A stretch of 64,000 nt of DNA from Mobula hypostoma (lineage: Eukaryota). Below are positions 24,545 through 36,554 of the stretch, in pieces (position 1 is the first letter of the stretch; every line of letters starts with the position of its first letter). The position numbers and the translations under genes are program-made. Below the pieces are notes generated by a model. The model saw only the letters and a program-made list of their open reading frames with translations, was not told the DNA's origin and searched no databases. The stretch covers positions 110,486,001-110,550,000 of the forward strand of contig NC_086107.1 of the NCBI RefSeq assembly GCF_963921235.1, read 5' to 3'.

Positions 24545-26085
24545 CATTGAGATATTTGGGTGTTGGTATGTCCGTATGTTAGAATATTTGTCCGTTGGCA
24601 TGTGGGTGTGCTGGATTCAGTGTATTAGAAAGTCTGTGTATTGATGTGTGCCCAGATTTTGAAGTGTTTGTGTCAGAATGCTTATGTGTTGGAACATGTC
24701 TGTGCGTTGCTATGTTTGTGTATCGAAACGAGTTTGTATGTCGGAATAACTGTGTCTTGGAAGATCTATATGTTTAAATGTGTGTTGGCATTTCTGTTGT
24801 CTTTGTTAAAACGTTTGTGCATCAGCATGTGACTGTGATGGTTCATTTGAATGTTGAAATGTTTTGGGATTCCTGTGCTTTGTGTTTTGGTAAATATATC
24901 GATGTCTGTGTTGGTATGATTCTGAATTAATCTGTTAAAATATTTATGTGCTGTCTTGTCCATGAGATGGAAAATCTGTGTGTTTTTTTTGTGTTGGAAT
25001 AAGACTGCATGTTTCTGTGTTGGAATGTGGTCATATGTTGGTATGCTGGGTATTGAAGTGTGTCTGTGTGTTGGTAGGTTTGTGTATTGGTAGTGAGTGT
25101 GTTGGTATGTCTGGATATTGGTACTGTCTGTGTGCTGGTGGGTCGGTGTGCTGGAATCTGTATTGGTAGGCCTGTGTGTTGGTATGTCTGCATGTTGGTA
25201 GTTTGTGTGTGGGCTTTATCTGTGTTGATAGGTCTGTTTTTGGTATAGCATTGTCTGATGGTAGGTCTTTGTGTTGTTATGTCTGTGTGTTTGTGTGGGG
25301 GTATATGTGTGTGTGTGGTATATCTGTGTGCTGGAATGTCATGTGTTGGTATGTCAATCTGTTGGTATTTCTGTTTGTTTGTGTGTTGGTATATCTGTGT
25401 TTTGGAATGTCTGTGTACTTGTGTGTTGGTATATGTGTGTGTGGTATATCTATGTGTTGGTGTGTTAATCTGCTGGTATGTCTGTGTATTTATTGTCACT
25501 TTGTCTGTTGGTATGTTGATGTGTTGGGATTTTGGTACATTGGTTTGTTGGTATGTCTGTGTACTGGTATGTTGGGATGTTGGTATGTTGGTGTGTTGGT
25601 ATGTTGGTGTGTTGGTGTGTTGGGACATTGATGTGTTGGTATGTTGGTGTTGGTGCGTTGGTATGCTGGCATGTTGGTATGTTGGTGTGTAGGAATGTTG
25701 GTGTGTTGGTATGTTGGTGTGTTGGGACATTGATGTGTTGGTATGTTGGTGTGCTGGTGTGTTGGTATGTTGGTGTGTTGGTATGTTGGTGTGTTGGTAT
25801 GTTGGTATTGGTATGTTAGTGTGTTGGTATGTTGATGCGTTGGTATGTTAGGGTATTGGTATGTTGGGAGGATGGTGTGTTGGTTTGTTGGTATGTTAGT
25901 GTGTTGGTAGGTCTATGCTGGAAGGTCTGCCTGTTGGTAGCTTTGCTAGACCTGTTGTAGATATGTCTGCGTCAGGAGTTCTGTGTTTTTGTAGTTTTGT
26001 TTGGTAGTTCTGTTGGCTAGTGCTTTGTGATTTGACATGTCTCTATGTGTTGGTAAGTTGGAGTGTTTTTATGTGTTTACATGAC
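24545..26085. repeat. GT-rich low-complexity tract grading into (TGTTGGTA/TGTTGGTG)n
   Basis: The 8-bp unit is clearest at 25570-25910. Confidence 0.9.
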
Positions 26086-26529
26086 AATAATGGGAAAGCA
26101 AAGGACAAAATATTGAAGACCAAGAACATGGTGGATGGGGTTAGCAGTAAACAGAAGGAGGGTGTGAGCTGGGAGTGGCGAGGAAGGAAAGGAGATTGTA
26201 ATGTTTTGTGGACTATTTGCTCCTTGCCATGGTACTCGCCCTGGGAAGGTTTAAAACTTCCGATGGAAGCAAGTTTATTTCCACTAAATTACCAGACTGA
26301 ACCTGGTCCCTACTGCTTCCCTGGTTGTAATCAGGATTCTGTAGCCTGGGCACTGTTGGTGTCCAGTATCTCACTGTAGCTGTGACAAATTGTCTCTGTT
26401 TATAGTTGTTTATATTTAAAGTGGAGGTTGACAGATTTTTGATTAGCCAAGGCATCATAGGTTAGAGGAAGAAGGTAGGAGAATTAGGTTGAGAGGCATA
26501 ATAGAACAGTCATGATAGAATGGCGAAGC

Positions 26530-26890
26530 AGAAAGTTGCCAACTCCGCCAGCTCAAACATGGGCACCTTCAAAAGGCAATGCCTCAAAAAGGTGGCACCT
26601 GCCTGTTCAGGACATGCCCGCTTCTCACCAGGGAGGAGTTACAGGAGCCTGAAGATGTTTCAGGAACAGCTTCTTCCCCTCCGTCATCAGATTTCTGAAT
26701 GGACAATGAACCCATAAACACTCCCTCAGTATTTTTTCCTTTCTTTTTGCACTACTTTAATTTAATTTTCTTTTCGTTATATACACTTATTGTAACTTAT
26801 TGTTTTTTTTTATTACATATTGCATTGTACTGCTGTTGCAAAACAACAAATTTCATGATATACGCCAGTGATATTAACCTGATTCTGACT
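26530..26890 (+). mobile_element. Internally deleted Rex1/Babar 3' fragment
   Basis: QKVANSASS.MG..CLKKVA..GRSYRSLK; cctgattctga tail. Confidence 0.7.
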
Positions 26891-26999
26891 CGATGGGCTG
26901 AATGAACTAATTCTGCTCCTAATGGTCTTATGGTACGTTCTACCCCACTGGTGTGGAGAGCATGAGCTGAAACTTCCAGTCTTCATTGCGGCAACAGAG

Positions 27000-29060
27000 G
27001 AGGAGTGGAGAGGAGTAGGTGCGGTGGAAGGTGGGGTGGGAGTGATGGGGTTGGGGGGGTGGAGAGTGTAAGAGTGTGGGAACTTGTGTGTGGCTGGCTG
27101 GGTCTGTGGTGTGTAGGCAGTGAAGGTGCTGAGTGTGTAGGTTTGGGATGTGGTGAGGAGTTCAGACTCGGGGTGGAAGGGATTGATTCGTGTGTTGGTG
27201 AGGTGAGTATAGGCACTTGGGTGTCATCATGTAGTGACGGAAGGGTGTGGTTTAACGGTGGTGAGAAGAGTGTAGGGATTGTGTGGGCTGTGGGCTTTCA
27301 GCTGAAGGGACATAGGGGGTTGTTGGCTGGGCTTATAGGTCAGTGTAGGGTGTGTCAGGGGCAGGCTGTTAGGCTTCGCATGTAAGGATAGTGTTGTGTG
27401 CATTGGGGTCTGGTATTCAGTTTAGGATGTAGGAAGAGTGATGTAGGACAGTACGGTGAGTGTTGGTGACTTGGTGATGGGTTTGGGGTGAAGGGCCAGA
27501 GTTATAGATTCGTTTTAGGTTAGATTAGATTCTACTTTATTGTCATTGTACTGAGTACAGATACAAAGCCAATGAAATGCAGTTAGCACCTAACCAGAAA
27601 TGCACAGAATAGCGTTATTTACAAAATAACTGTGAATAAAAAGTAGGTGCTACGGCACACAAATATAAAAGTACTGAGACAGTACAATATGGGTGCGATA
27701 CTGCTTAGTGAGGTGTGGCATTTGCCAGGACCTGGGTGTTGAATTTGGGATTTAGAGGTAGGGTTGTAGTTTGGTGTGACATGTGCTGGGGTCTGGGTGT
27801 TGGGCTTGGGGTGTAGGGCAGGGCTGTAGATTGGTGCAGGGTGTGTCAGGGTGAGCTGTAAGTTTTGAGGTGTAGGGGTCGGGCTGTAGATCAGTGCAGG
27901 AGTGCTGGTGCCTGGGAGTTTGCTTTGAGGTGTAGAGGTAGGGTGGAAAATTGGTGTGAGGAGTGTTAGCATAGGGATATTGGGTTTGGTATGTAGCGGG
28001 TAGGGTGGTAGATTGGCGTGTGGTGGTAGGGTGGAAAATTGGTGTGGGGAGTGTTGCCGTATGGTTATTAGATTTGGTGTGTAGCGGGTAGGGTGGTAGA
28101 TTGGTCTGTGATGACTGTTGGTGTATGGGTGTTGGATTTGGCGTGTGGTGAGTATGGTTGTAGAATCGTGCTGGGAGGGTTGATGTCTTGATTTTGAGTT
28201 TCGGGTGTAGCGGTAAGGTTTTAGAATGGTGCAGGGAGTGTTGGCGTCCATTTGTAGGATTTGGGGTGTTGTGGTAGGGTAGTGTTGGGTTTGGGGTGTA
28301 GTGGTAGGGTTGTAGATTGGTGCAGGGAGTATTGGTATCCATTTGTAGGGTTTGGGGTGTAGTGATAGGGTAGTTTTGGCTTTGGGGTGTAGTGGTAGGG
28401 TTGTAGATTGGTACAGGGAGTGTTGGTATTCATTTGTTGGGTTTGCGGTGTAGTGGTAGGGTTGTAGATTGGTACAGGGAGTGTTGGTATTCATTTGTAG
28501 GGTTTGGAGTGTTGTGGTAGGGTAGTGTTGGGTTTGGGGTGTAGTGGTAGGGTTGTAGATTGGTGCAGGGAGTGTTGGTATTCATTTGTTGGGTTTGCGG
28601 TGTAGTGGTAGGGTTGTAGATTGGTACAGGGAGTGTTGGTATTCATTTGTAGGGTTTGGAGTGTTGTGGTAGGGTAGTGTTGGGTTTGGGGTGTAGTGGT
28701 AGGGTTGTAGATTGGTGCAGGGAGTGTTGGTATTCATTTGTAGGGTTTGGAGTGTTGTGGTAGGGTAGTGTTGGGTTTGGGGTGTAGTGGTAGGGTAGTG
28801 TTGGGTTTGGGGTGTAGTGGTAGGGTTGTAGATTGGTACAGGGAGTGTTGGTATTCATTTGTAGGGTTTGGGATGTTGTGGTAGGGTAGTGTTGGGTTTG
28901 GGGTGTAGTGGTAGGGTTGTAGATTGGTACAGGGAGTGTTGGTATTCATTTGTAGGGTTTGGAGTGTTGTGGTAGGGTAGTGTTGGGTTTGGGGTGTTGT
29001 GGTAGGGTTGTGTTGGGGTCTGGGTGTTAGGTTTGGGGTGTAGGGGCTAGAGTTGTAGAC
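27000..29060. repeat. G-rich tract ending in a 30/61-bp minisatellite (homogeneous at about 28250-29010)
   Basis: Units ggtttggggtgtagtggtagggtagtgttg (30 bp) and ggtttggggtgtagtggtagggttgtagattggtacagggagtgttggtattcatttgtag (61 bp). Confidence 0.9.
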
Positions 29061-29406
29061 ATTGCAGGAAGAGTCAGGGTGGATCGTAGGACTTGATGAG
29101 AGGTCAGCCCCTCCGGCCACCCGTTGCCCTACCCCAGACTGAAGCCTCGGATCAGGGCGGAGGGGGGAACAGCAGGGGGCGCCAGGAGCTCGGATCTGCG
29201 TCTCAGAGCCCACGGACACATGACGCGCCGCCTCTGCTGTCTCCTAGCGATACAGCAGGAGGGAGAGATTCCAGACCTCCCTTCCCACATCCTCATGTGT
29301 GCTTGATGTATCTGTGGAAAGCATCTGGAGACTGACCTGGCATTTTCACACTTTTTTTTCACCATTTTTTTTTACCCCGCTCAAATCTGGAATTGAGGGT
29401 GGCTGT

Positions 29407-29450
29407 TGTGTATGTGTGTGTGTGTCCGTGTGTGTGTCTGTGTGTGTGTG

Positions 29451-29502
<52 letters not shown>
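29407..29502. repeat. (GT)n microsatellite
   Basis: Directly visible. Confidence 0.95.
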
Positions 29503-29503
<1 letters not shown>

Positions 29504-30502
29504 CTTTTGTCAGTGGAACACTTTAGGTTTTCCCCCTCCCTTTGTATGTGTCTTGCCTCCTGAAGGAATCTCTCGTTGGATGTAATTTCGGTGTGTGGGT
29601 GAATTGATCAGGAAGAGAGGACAAAAAAAAATTGGGTTTAGCGTTCCTGTAGCCCCCCGCTACAGAAGAGGCAGGCAGAGGAAATTCTTCTTGTAAGTAG
29701 ATGCTGCTTTTTTTTCAACCTGTGTCCTTTTCTCGGTTCTGACTGCCTGTGTTTTTGTTCTTGACATCTGACAGTAGATAGGAATTGCATTGGGAGAACT
29801 CAGGGACGATCCCCCACAATTGTCTCGATCGGCATTTTTGCACGAATTGGTCGGCTTTCCAAAAGTGGACGTATTATTTCATAGCCTCGAGGTAGTGGAC
29901 ATTGTCATTCTAACATGTGAGATCCTGACTGCCTTTTTTTTCAAAAAAAAAGGGGGGAGTGGGTGGTGTTGGTTACAAATCCCGTCAGATTGCAGAGTTT
30001 TTTTTTAAAGATGAGCTGGGATATTTTTTGCATGTTAATGCATTTGATACGGAGGGATTGAATTCAAACAATCGCCTTGAGCTCGACACCCCAAGTTCCT
30101 CTATTATTCCACGGCTGACGTTCCCAATAATTATTGATTATTCCCTGTCTCCCCTCCCTCCACCACCCCCCCACCCCCTCTCTCTTTCAACAGGGAGAAA
30201 AATCCGTGGGCAGCGAGAATATGGGATTAACACGGTCGGAGATATAACACAAGCCGCGCCAGCCTCTTCGCTTCTCCCTCCCCAGCCCCTTCACTGTTCC
30301 ATTTTCTCTCCCTCTCCCCAAAGTCAAGGCCACCCTCCCCGGAGAGAGGGGGAGGGGGAATGGGGGCGACCTGACGACTTCGAAGCTGGACGGGTCCGAG
30401 GAGGAAACGGGTCTCCAGTGAGCAGGGGAGGGGGGGGAAGCGAGGGGAGAGACGGCGGGCGGTCGGAACGAGAAGCGGATCCACACGTCCACGCTGTTAA
30501 AC

Positions 30503-30542
30503 ATGCTCAGCTCTGTCACCAACCCGTCCTGCGAGCTGCAAG
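30503..30542 (+). CDS. CARMIL2: First coding exon (40 nt, phase-1 donor) of a CARMIL-family capping-protein regulator, most similar to CARMIL2/RLTPR
   Basis: aacATG at 30503; reads MLSSVTNPSCELQ+G, then a strong donor AAG|GTAAGA at 30543; lies at the end of a CpG-rich tract. From memory, human CARMIL2 begins MAQTPDGISCELR(G) and CARMIL genes have a 40-nt first coding exon. Only 13 codons are visible, so paralog assignment is tentative. Exon 2 was not found in the window. Confidence 0.6.
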
Positions 30543-31065
30543 GTAAGACTCGTGGAAATTACAACGGGCACCGGGAGAGGGATGATAACCAGACAGGCTG
30601 GGATTTCATGGCATAAGTTAACCCCCCCCGGGGCTCAGAGCTGATGACAGACCCCACGCTTTTTTTTAAGAAGTCACCGGTTAGGTGATCAGGCCACGGC
30701 CAAGGTGCTTGGGTTAAAGGTGGATTTCTACCTCTCGGGCGAGCTGAGCGAGGGAAGCACGCTGGTTAGCGTTGCGAGACCCGGACTGGGTTGTTAAATA
30801 GGTCATTTTAAAAGAGACAGGCCAGTGACGAGGGAGTCTGGGTTGCAGGAGGTGCTGCTGAGATGCACATCACATAGCTGACCCTCCGTGCTGTGTCCAG
30901 CTGCTGAACAGGCCCGCGCACGGGCGACGAGTGTGGACGCGTGGAACGCGCAGAGGGCGTGGAGACTTGGTCAGACTCCACGAGGAGCAAGCATCCACGT
31001 TATCATTAAGCTTTGGGAGAAGGGTGGAGGGCAAGAATTTTCAAAACTAGCCAGAAGTGACAAGG

Positions 31066-31285
31066 AGACACAAGAGATTCTGCAGATGCTGGAAATTTGG
31101 GGCAACACACACACACACAATGCTGGAGGAACTTAGCAGGTCAGGCAGCATCTGTGAAGGGGAATGAACTGTCCATTGTTTGGGGGGGGTGTGTGACCCA
31201 GACCTGTTGTAGGGGCTTGGTCCAAAACATCTCCATAGATGCTGCCCGACCTGCTAAGTATCTCCAACATTTCTATATGCTGCTG
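31066..31285. mobile_element. Decayed palindromic Penelope pLTR element
   Basis: atgctggaggaacttagcaggtcaggcagcatct ... agatgctgcccgacctgctaagtatctccaacat inverted arms. Confidence 0.7.
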
Positions 31286-32408
31286 CAAGGGCTTGTTGGT
31301 TTGACTGGAGCTGGACTAAGTGATGAGCTTAGACTGTAGTGCGCAGAGGAGGGGCAAGGGGGTGATCTGGCTCAAATTATCCCAGGACCTTGATTGGGTG
31401 AGTTTAGGGAAACCATTACCCCATCTGCAGCAATAACAAACTGTGGGGGTCTGGCCAAGCTCAGGTAGAGCTCTGTCACACAGTAGGGGAGGTTGTAAAT
31501 GTCTCTTCCTTCCCCTGACGCTGTTCCAGAATTGTGGATTTCTGTCTGATGAAGTGGGTAAACGATGTGCAATGCAGGTTGTGTCAGAAGATGTAGAGGA
31601 GGTTTGACCCAAAGGCAGAGCACTGGAGACGACTTAGGAGTAAACGATATTTTACTAATAAACTGCAAAATAACAAGCCACAAGGGGCCACAAGACAAGA
31701 GAGAGCAGGTACTTAACGCGACAAGGTAACTGAAGGCTAGGAGTGACTGGTTGAGGCCGGCTGGTTCGATGGGTGAGCAACGGATTGTGGATGAGAGCAG
31801 GGTTTAAATAGGCTGCAGGTGATGTGTTGGGAATGGGTGGCAGGTGACTTCTGTTAGCTGGGTGGAGACTGGGAGGCAGCTGCCTGTGCAGGCCTGACAA
31901 GTTTGGCCATATTTTAACCAAACAGGAGAAGAAGCTTGGCGAATATTGAACATTATGGCACACTTCGGCTCACTGATCCCTGCACCAAACACGATGCCGA
32001 ATTAAACAACATCTCTTCTGCCTGCAGATGATCGATATCCCTGCATATTCATACATCTATCTCACAGCCTTTTAAACACTCTATCATATCTGTTTCCACC
32101 ACTACTCCTGGCAGATCATTCCACACACCTACCACTCTCTGTGTAAAATAAAACTTACCCTGAACACCTCCTTTAAACTTCTCTCCATGCACCTTGAATG
32201 TATGTCCCTTAGTGCTTGACATTTCTATTCTGGAGAAAAATGATTCTTACTGTCTGCCCTATTTATTGCCTCTCATAATGTATTCTAATTTTTTTACGGC
32301 ATGTTGTAGATAACAGAATCCATCCAGGATAAATAATTGGCCATTTATAAATTGTTTATTAGTATCACATGTACTGAAATGCTAGGCAGATTATTCCAGA
32401 CATAAGTA

Positions 32409-32933
32409 CACTCAATGGGCACTTTATTAGGTAAAACCTGTACGTTAGTACAACTATCTAATCAGCTAATCATGTGGCAGCAACTCAATGCATAAAAGCT
32501 TGCAGATATGGTCAAGAGGTTCAGTTGTTGTTCAGACCAAACATCAGAATGGCAAAGAAATGTGACTTTGACCGTGGAATGATTGTTGGTGCCAGACGGG
32601 CTGGTTTAAGTATCTCAGAAACTGCTGATCTCCTGGGATTTTCAGGCACAACTGTCTGTAGATTTTACAGAGAAAAAAATCCGGTGAGCGGCAGTTCTGT
32701 GGGTGAAAATGCTTTGTTAATGAGAGAGGCCAGAGGAGAATGGCCGGACTGGTCCAACCTGACTGGAGGAAACAGTAACTCAAGCAACCACGCATTACAA
32801 CAGTGAAATGCAGAAGAGCATCTCTGAGTGCAGAACACATCAGACGTTGAAGTGGATGGGCTACAGCAGCAGAAGATCATGAACATACACTCTATTAGGT
32901 ACAGGAGGTACCTAGTAAAGTAATGACTGCACG
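32409..32933 (+). mobile_element. Tc1-derived non-autonomous element
   Basis: TA-flanked TIR; encodes the Tc1 N-terminal HTH MAKKCDFDRGMIVGARRAGLSISETADLLGFS. Confidence 0.85.
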
Positions 32934-33067
32934 TAGAACATAGAATGGGCCATTCGGCCCGCGATGTTGCGCTAACCTTTTGACGAGGTCCATGATCAAT
33001 CTCCTATGCAGCCCTTACCTCTCCATTTTCCTTATATCCATGTATGTATCTAAGAGTCTTTTAATTT

Positions 33068-33335
33068 ATACAGCAGAAAATAGGTCTTTCCGGACCTCTG
33101 GGCTGCGCCACCCAGCAATGCCCCAGTTTAATCTTAGTCTAATCACAGGACAATTTACAATGACCAATCAACCCACCAATCAGTACGTCTTTGGATCTTG
33201 GGAGGAAACCAGGGCACCCGGAGGAAACCCACGTGGTCACAGGGAGAACGTACAAACTCCTTACAGGCAGCAGCGGGAATTGAACCCAGGTCGCTGGCGC
33301 TGAAAAATGTTGTGCTAACCACCTCGCTACCCCGG
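33068..33335 (-). mobile_element. V-SINE/HE1-like SINE
   Basis: gggaggaaaccagggcacccggaggaaacccacg core and ggaattgaacccagg B box. Confidence 0.8.
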
Positions 33336-33549
33336 ACAAGGTGGACTGAGAAATCAAAGGCTCATCTTTATCATATAAGAGGTCTGCTCACGAGTCTCAT
33401 AACAGCGGGACGGAATTGGTCTTGACCCTGGCAGTATGTGTTCTCAAGGATTCGTATCTTCAGCTCAATGGAACGGAGAATGACTCAGGTACGAGGGGAC
33501 CTGGATTACGTTGGCTGCTTTCCTGAAGCAGCAGGATGTGTAGTCAGAG

Positions 33550-34210
33550 CAACAGACCCAAAATGCTGGAGGAACTTAGCAGATCAGGCGGCATCTATGG
33601 AAATGAATAAACAGTCGACGTTTTGGGCTAAGGCCCTTCACCAGGACCAGAAAGCGAGGGGGAAGATGGCAGAATAAAAAGGTGGGGGGAGGGGGATGGA
33701 AGTCGAGTTCGTAGGTGATAGGTGAAGTCAAGTGGGTGGGGGAGAAGGAACCTGATAGCAGAGGAGAGTGGACCATTGGAGAAAGGAGGCACAGTAGTGT
33801 AGTGGTTAGCACGACGCTTTACAGTACCAGCGACCCTGGTTCAATTCCTGCCGCTGTCTGTAAGGAGCTTGTACATTCTCTCCGTGACCGCGTGGGTTTC
33901 CTCCAGGTGTTTTGGTTTCCTCCCACAGAACAAAGACGTACTGGTTGGTAGGTTAATTGGTCATTGTACATTTTCCTGTGGTAAGGCTAGGGTTAAATCG
34001 GGGGGTTACTGGGCGACCAAAGGGCCGGAAGGGCCTATTCTGCTCTGTATCTCAATAAACAAGTGAAGGGAAGCAGGAGGGGAACCAAGGCAAGGTGGTA
34101 GGCACGTGAGGAGAATAGGTAAGAGGCCAGAGTGGGGAATAGAGGAAGAGGGAATGGGGAGGGGAAAAGCCAAAAACAAAAAAAAATTGCCAGAAGGAGA
34201 AATCAATGTT
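33550..34210 (-). mobile_element. Penelope pLTR fragment with a V-SINE inserted at about 33788-34060 (+)
   Basis: pLTR motif at 33558-33650; the GA-rich UTR resumes at 34064; SINE head gtagtgtagtggttagc..ggttcaattcc. Confidence 0.75.
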
Positions 34211-35022
34211 CAGACTCACTGTACAAAGAAAACCAGATATATAGGACATGTATATAAAAGTTTATATATAGTAAACGTTGGACAGATCTTGACATACATA
34301 AAATAAGGACACTCGTCTGGATCTGTGGACGAACTGCATCTTATCAGGAGACTGTACAAGCCTACATCGTATGAAAGACAAAACAGGATAGTGAACTTCA
34401 GAATGGACTGTTTTAAATACTATATGTAAATTATATCTAATAATAGCATGAGTATTTAAGTGTGAATTTCCTTTCCAGCCTGTCACTTACAGTGTCAGAA
34501 TCTTCACTTATCATTAATTATCAGCAAATAGAGCTCAGTCGAAGCCCCTTAGCTGATTGCATTATTGTAGCTTTGAATCAGTATACATATTTTTTGAAAG
34601 GATTATTTGATAATATTATAAGTACTTGAATTTTTAGTTCAGTATTTAAAATATTAGTTCAGCGATCTCATATTAAATAAGGAAAATTTTAACCGAATCC
34701 TAACTTGCAGCCCAAACTGCGATAAGACTTTGATTGTTGTCCCCTGCGCAGTGTGCTCCGATCAGACGGTTATACTCTTATCGGCCTTACGTTATGCAGC
34801 TCTCCTACCAAACAATTAGATTTGATTGCCTTCACCTTGAACTGTTCTCCTGCATTCAACTCAACCCTGATTATCTTCACCTTGCGCAGCTCTTCTGACA
34901 AACAATTGAATTCTGATTGACCTTTGCTTGTGCTGTCGTCTCCCTATTGGAGAGTGTATAACATGTTCTGCTATGTCTGAGCCACCTCAAAGTTCAAAGT
35001 AAACTTAATATCGAGGTACGTA

Positions 35023-35557
35023 CACTCCGTGGCCTCTGGTGCCTAATAAAGTGGTCACTGAGTGTATGTTCGTGGTCTTCTGCTGCTGTAAGTTGCCATC
35101 CACTTCGAGGTTCGATGTGGTTTGCACTCGGGGATGCTCTTCTACACACCACTGTTGTATCATGTAGTTACTTGAACCAGTCTGGCCATTCTCCTCTGAC
35201 CTCTCTCATTAACAAGACATTTTTGCCCACAGAATTGCCACTCACTGGGTGTTTTTTTTTTGTTTTTTTACACCATTCTCTGTAAACTCTAGAGACTGTT
35301 GTGTGTGCAAATCCCAGGAGACCAGCAGTTTCTGAGATACTCAAGCCATTCTGACTGGGACCAACAATCATTCCATGGTCAAAGTCACGCAGATCACATA
35401 TCTTCCCCATTCCAGATGTTTGGTCTGACAACAGCTGAACCTCTTGACCATGTCTGCGTGCTTTTTTCCATAGAGTTGCTGCCACGTGATTGGCTGATTA
35501 GATATTTGCATTAATGAGCAGATGTCCAGGTGTGCCCTATAAAGAGGCCACTGGGTG
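35023..35557 (-). mobile_element. Tc1-derived non-autonomous element
   Basis: MGKICDLRDFDHGMIVG..GLSISETAGLLGFAHTTVSRVYREW; TA at both ends. Confidence 0.85.
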
Positions 35558-35944
35558 TATACAACCCTGAGCTTCATTTCTTGCAGGCATTCACAGTAGA
35601 ACAAACAAATACAATAGAATCATTGAAAGAACACACACAAATAAGACTGACAAGCAACCTATGTGCAAAAGAAGACAAATAGTGCAAATACAAAACAAAT
35701 AATAATAAAAATAATAAATAAATTGAACTGAGGACATGAGCAGTAGGATCCTTGCAAGTGAGTCTGTAGGTTGTGGAATCAGTTCAGAGTTGAGGTGAGT
35801 AAAGTTATCTACGCTGGTTCAGGAGCCTGATGGTTGAAGGGTAATAACCTGAATGTGGTGATGGTGTGGGACCTAAGGCTCCTGTAGCTCAGAAATTTGT
35901 GGAATATTCTTTGAGCCACCACCCTCTACTAAGGGGACAACGGG

Positions 35945-36230
35945 ACATCACGGTAGCGTGGCAGTTAGCGTGATGCTGTTACAGCTCAGGGTGTTGGAGC
36001 TCAGAGTTCAATTCCAATGTCCACCGTAAGGAATCTGTACGTCCTCCCCGTGGAATGTGTGGGTTTCCTCTGGTTTCCTCCCACAGTCCAAAGGTGTACC
36101 GGTTAGTAGGTTAATTGGTCATTGTAAATTGTCCTGTGATCAGGCCAGGGTTAAATGGAGGGTTGGTCAGAGGTGTGGCTCAAATTTTTGGAAGGGTCTG
36201 TTCCGAGCTGCATCTCAATAACTAAATAAA
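35945..36230 (+). mobile_element. V-SINE/HE1-like SINE
   Basis: Head ggtagcgtggcagttagc..gagttcaattcc; core ggtttcctcccacagtccaaag. Confidence 0.8.
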
Positions 36231-36554
36231 TGAAGAGGAAGGAGGCGGTTTGATAATTATTAAAGTAGATTCTTACTGATATTCGACTATGATTTGGAAA
36301 TGTAAACTAGATTAGTCTTTTCCTACATCTTGCTCACACCCTAACTGAATGAACTGGAAACCGTGGACCCACGAGAGACTGGGAATCTGGAGGCTGGATG
36401 TCTGGAGCAACAGACAGAAAGTGCTGAGTTCCTCCATCATTTTGTGTATGTTGGACTGAAAACTGCGCTCCTAGGTTCAAAGTTCAGCATTTTCTACCTG
36501 CAGATCAGTCCATGTTATCCATTAAAAATGTCACTGGATTTTCACTGGTTCAAC

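Larger units (their letters stand above)
29060..30960 (+). promoter_or_regulatory. CpG-rich promoter/5' UTR region of the putative CARMIL gene
   Basis: Transposon-free island with retained CpGs (29100-29260, 30200-30560, 30730-30960) and G/C-run elements around the candidate first exon, in an otherwise CpG-depleted, repeat-saturated window. Confidence 0.6.

Noticed and set aside
24927..25819. Long His/Thr/Gln- or Cys/Val-rich ORFs
   Set aside because: Translations of GT-rich simple repeats.
28200..29030. Regular repeats as a CRISPR-like array or extensin-like CDS
   Set aside because: No unique spacers, eukaryotic context, and 61-bp units break the reading frame; it is a minisatellite.
29959..30546. 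195-aa ORF across the promoter
   Set aside because: Non-ATG start in GC-rich sequence; the credible start is the ATG at 30503 in another frame.
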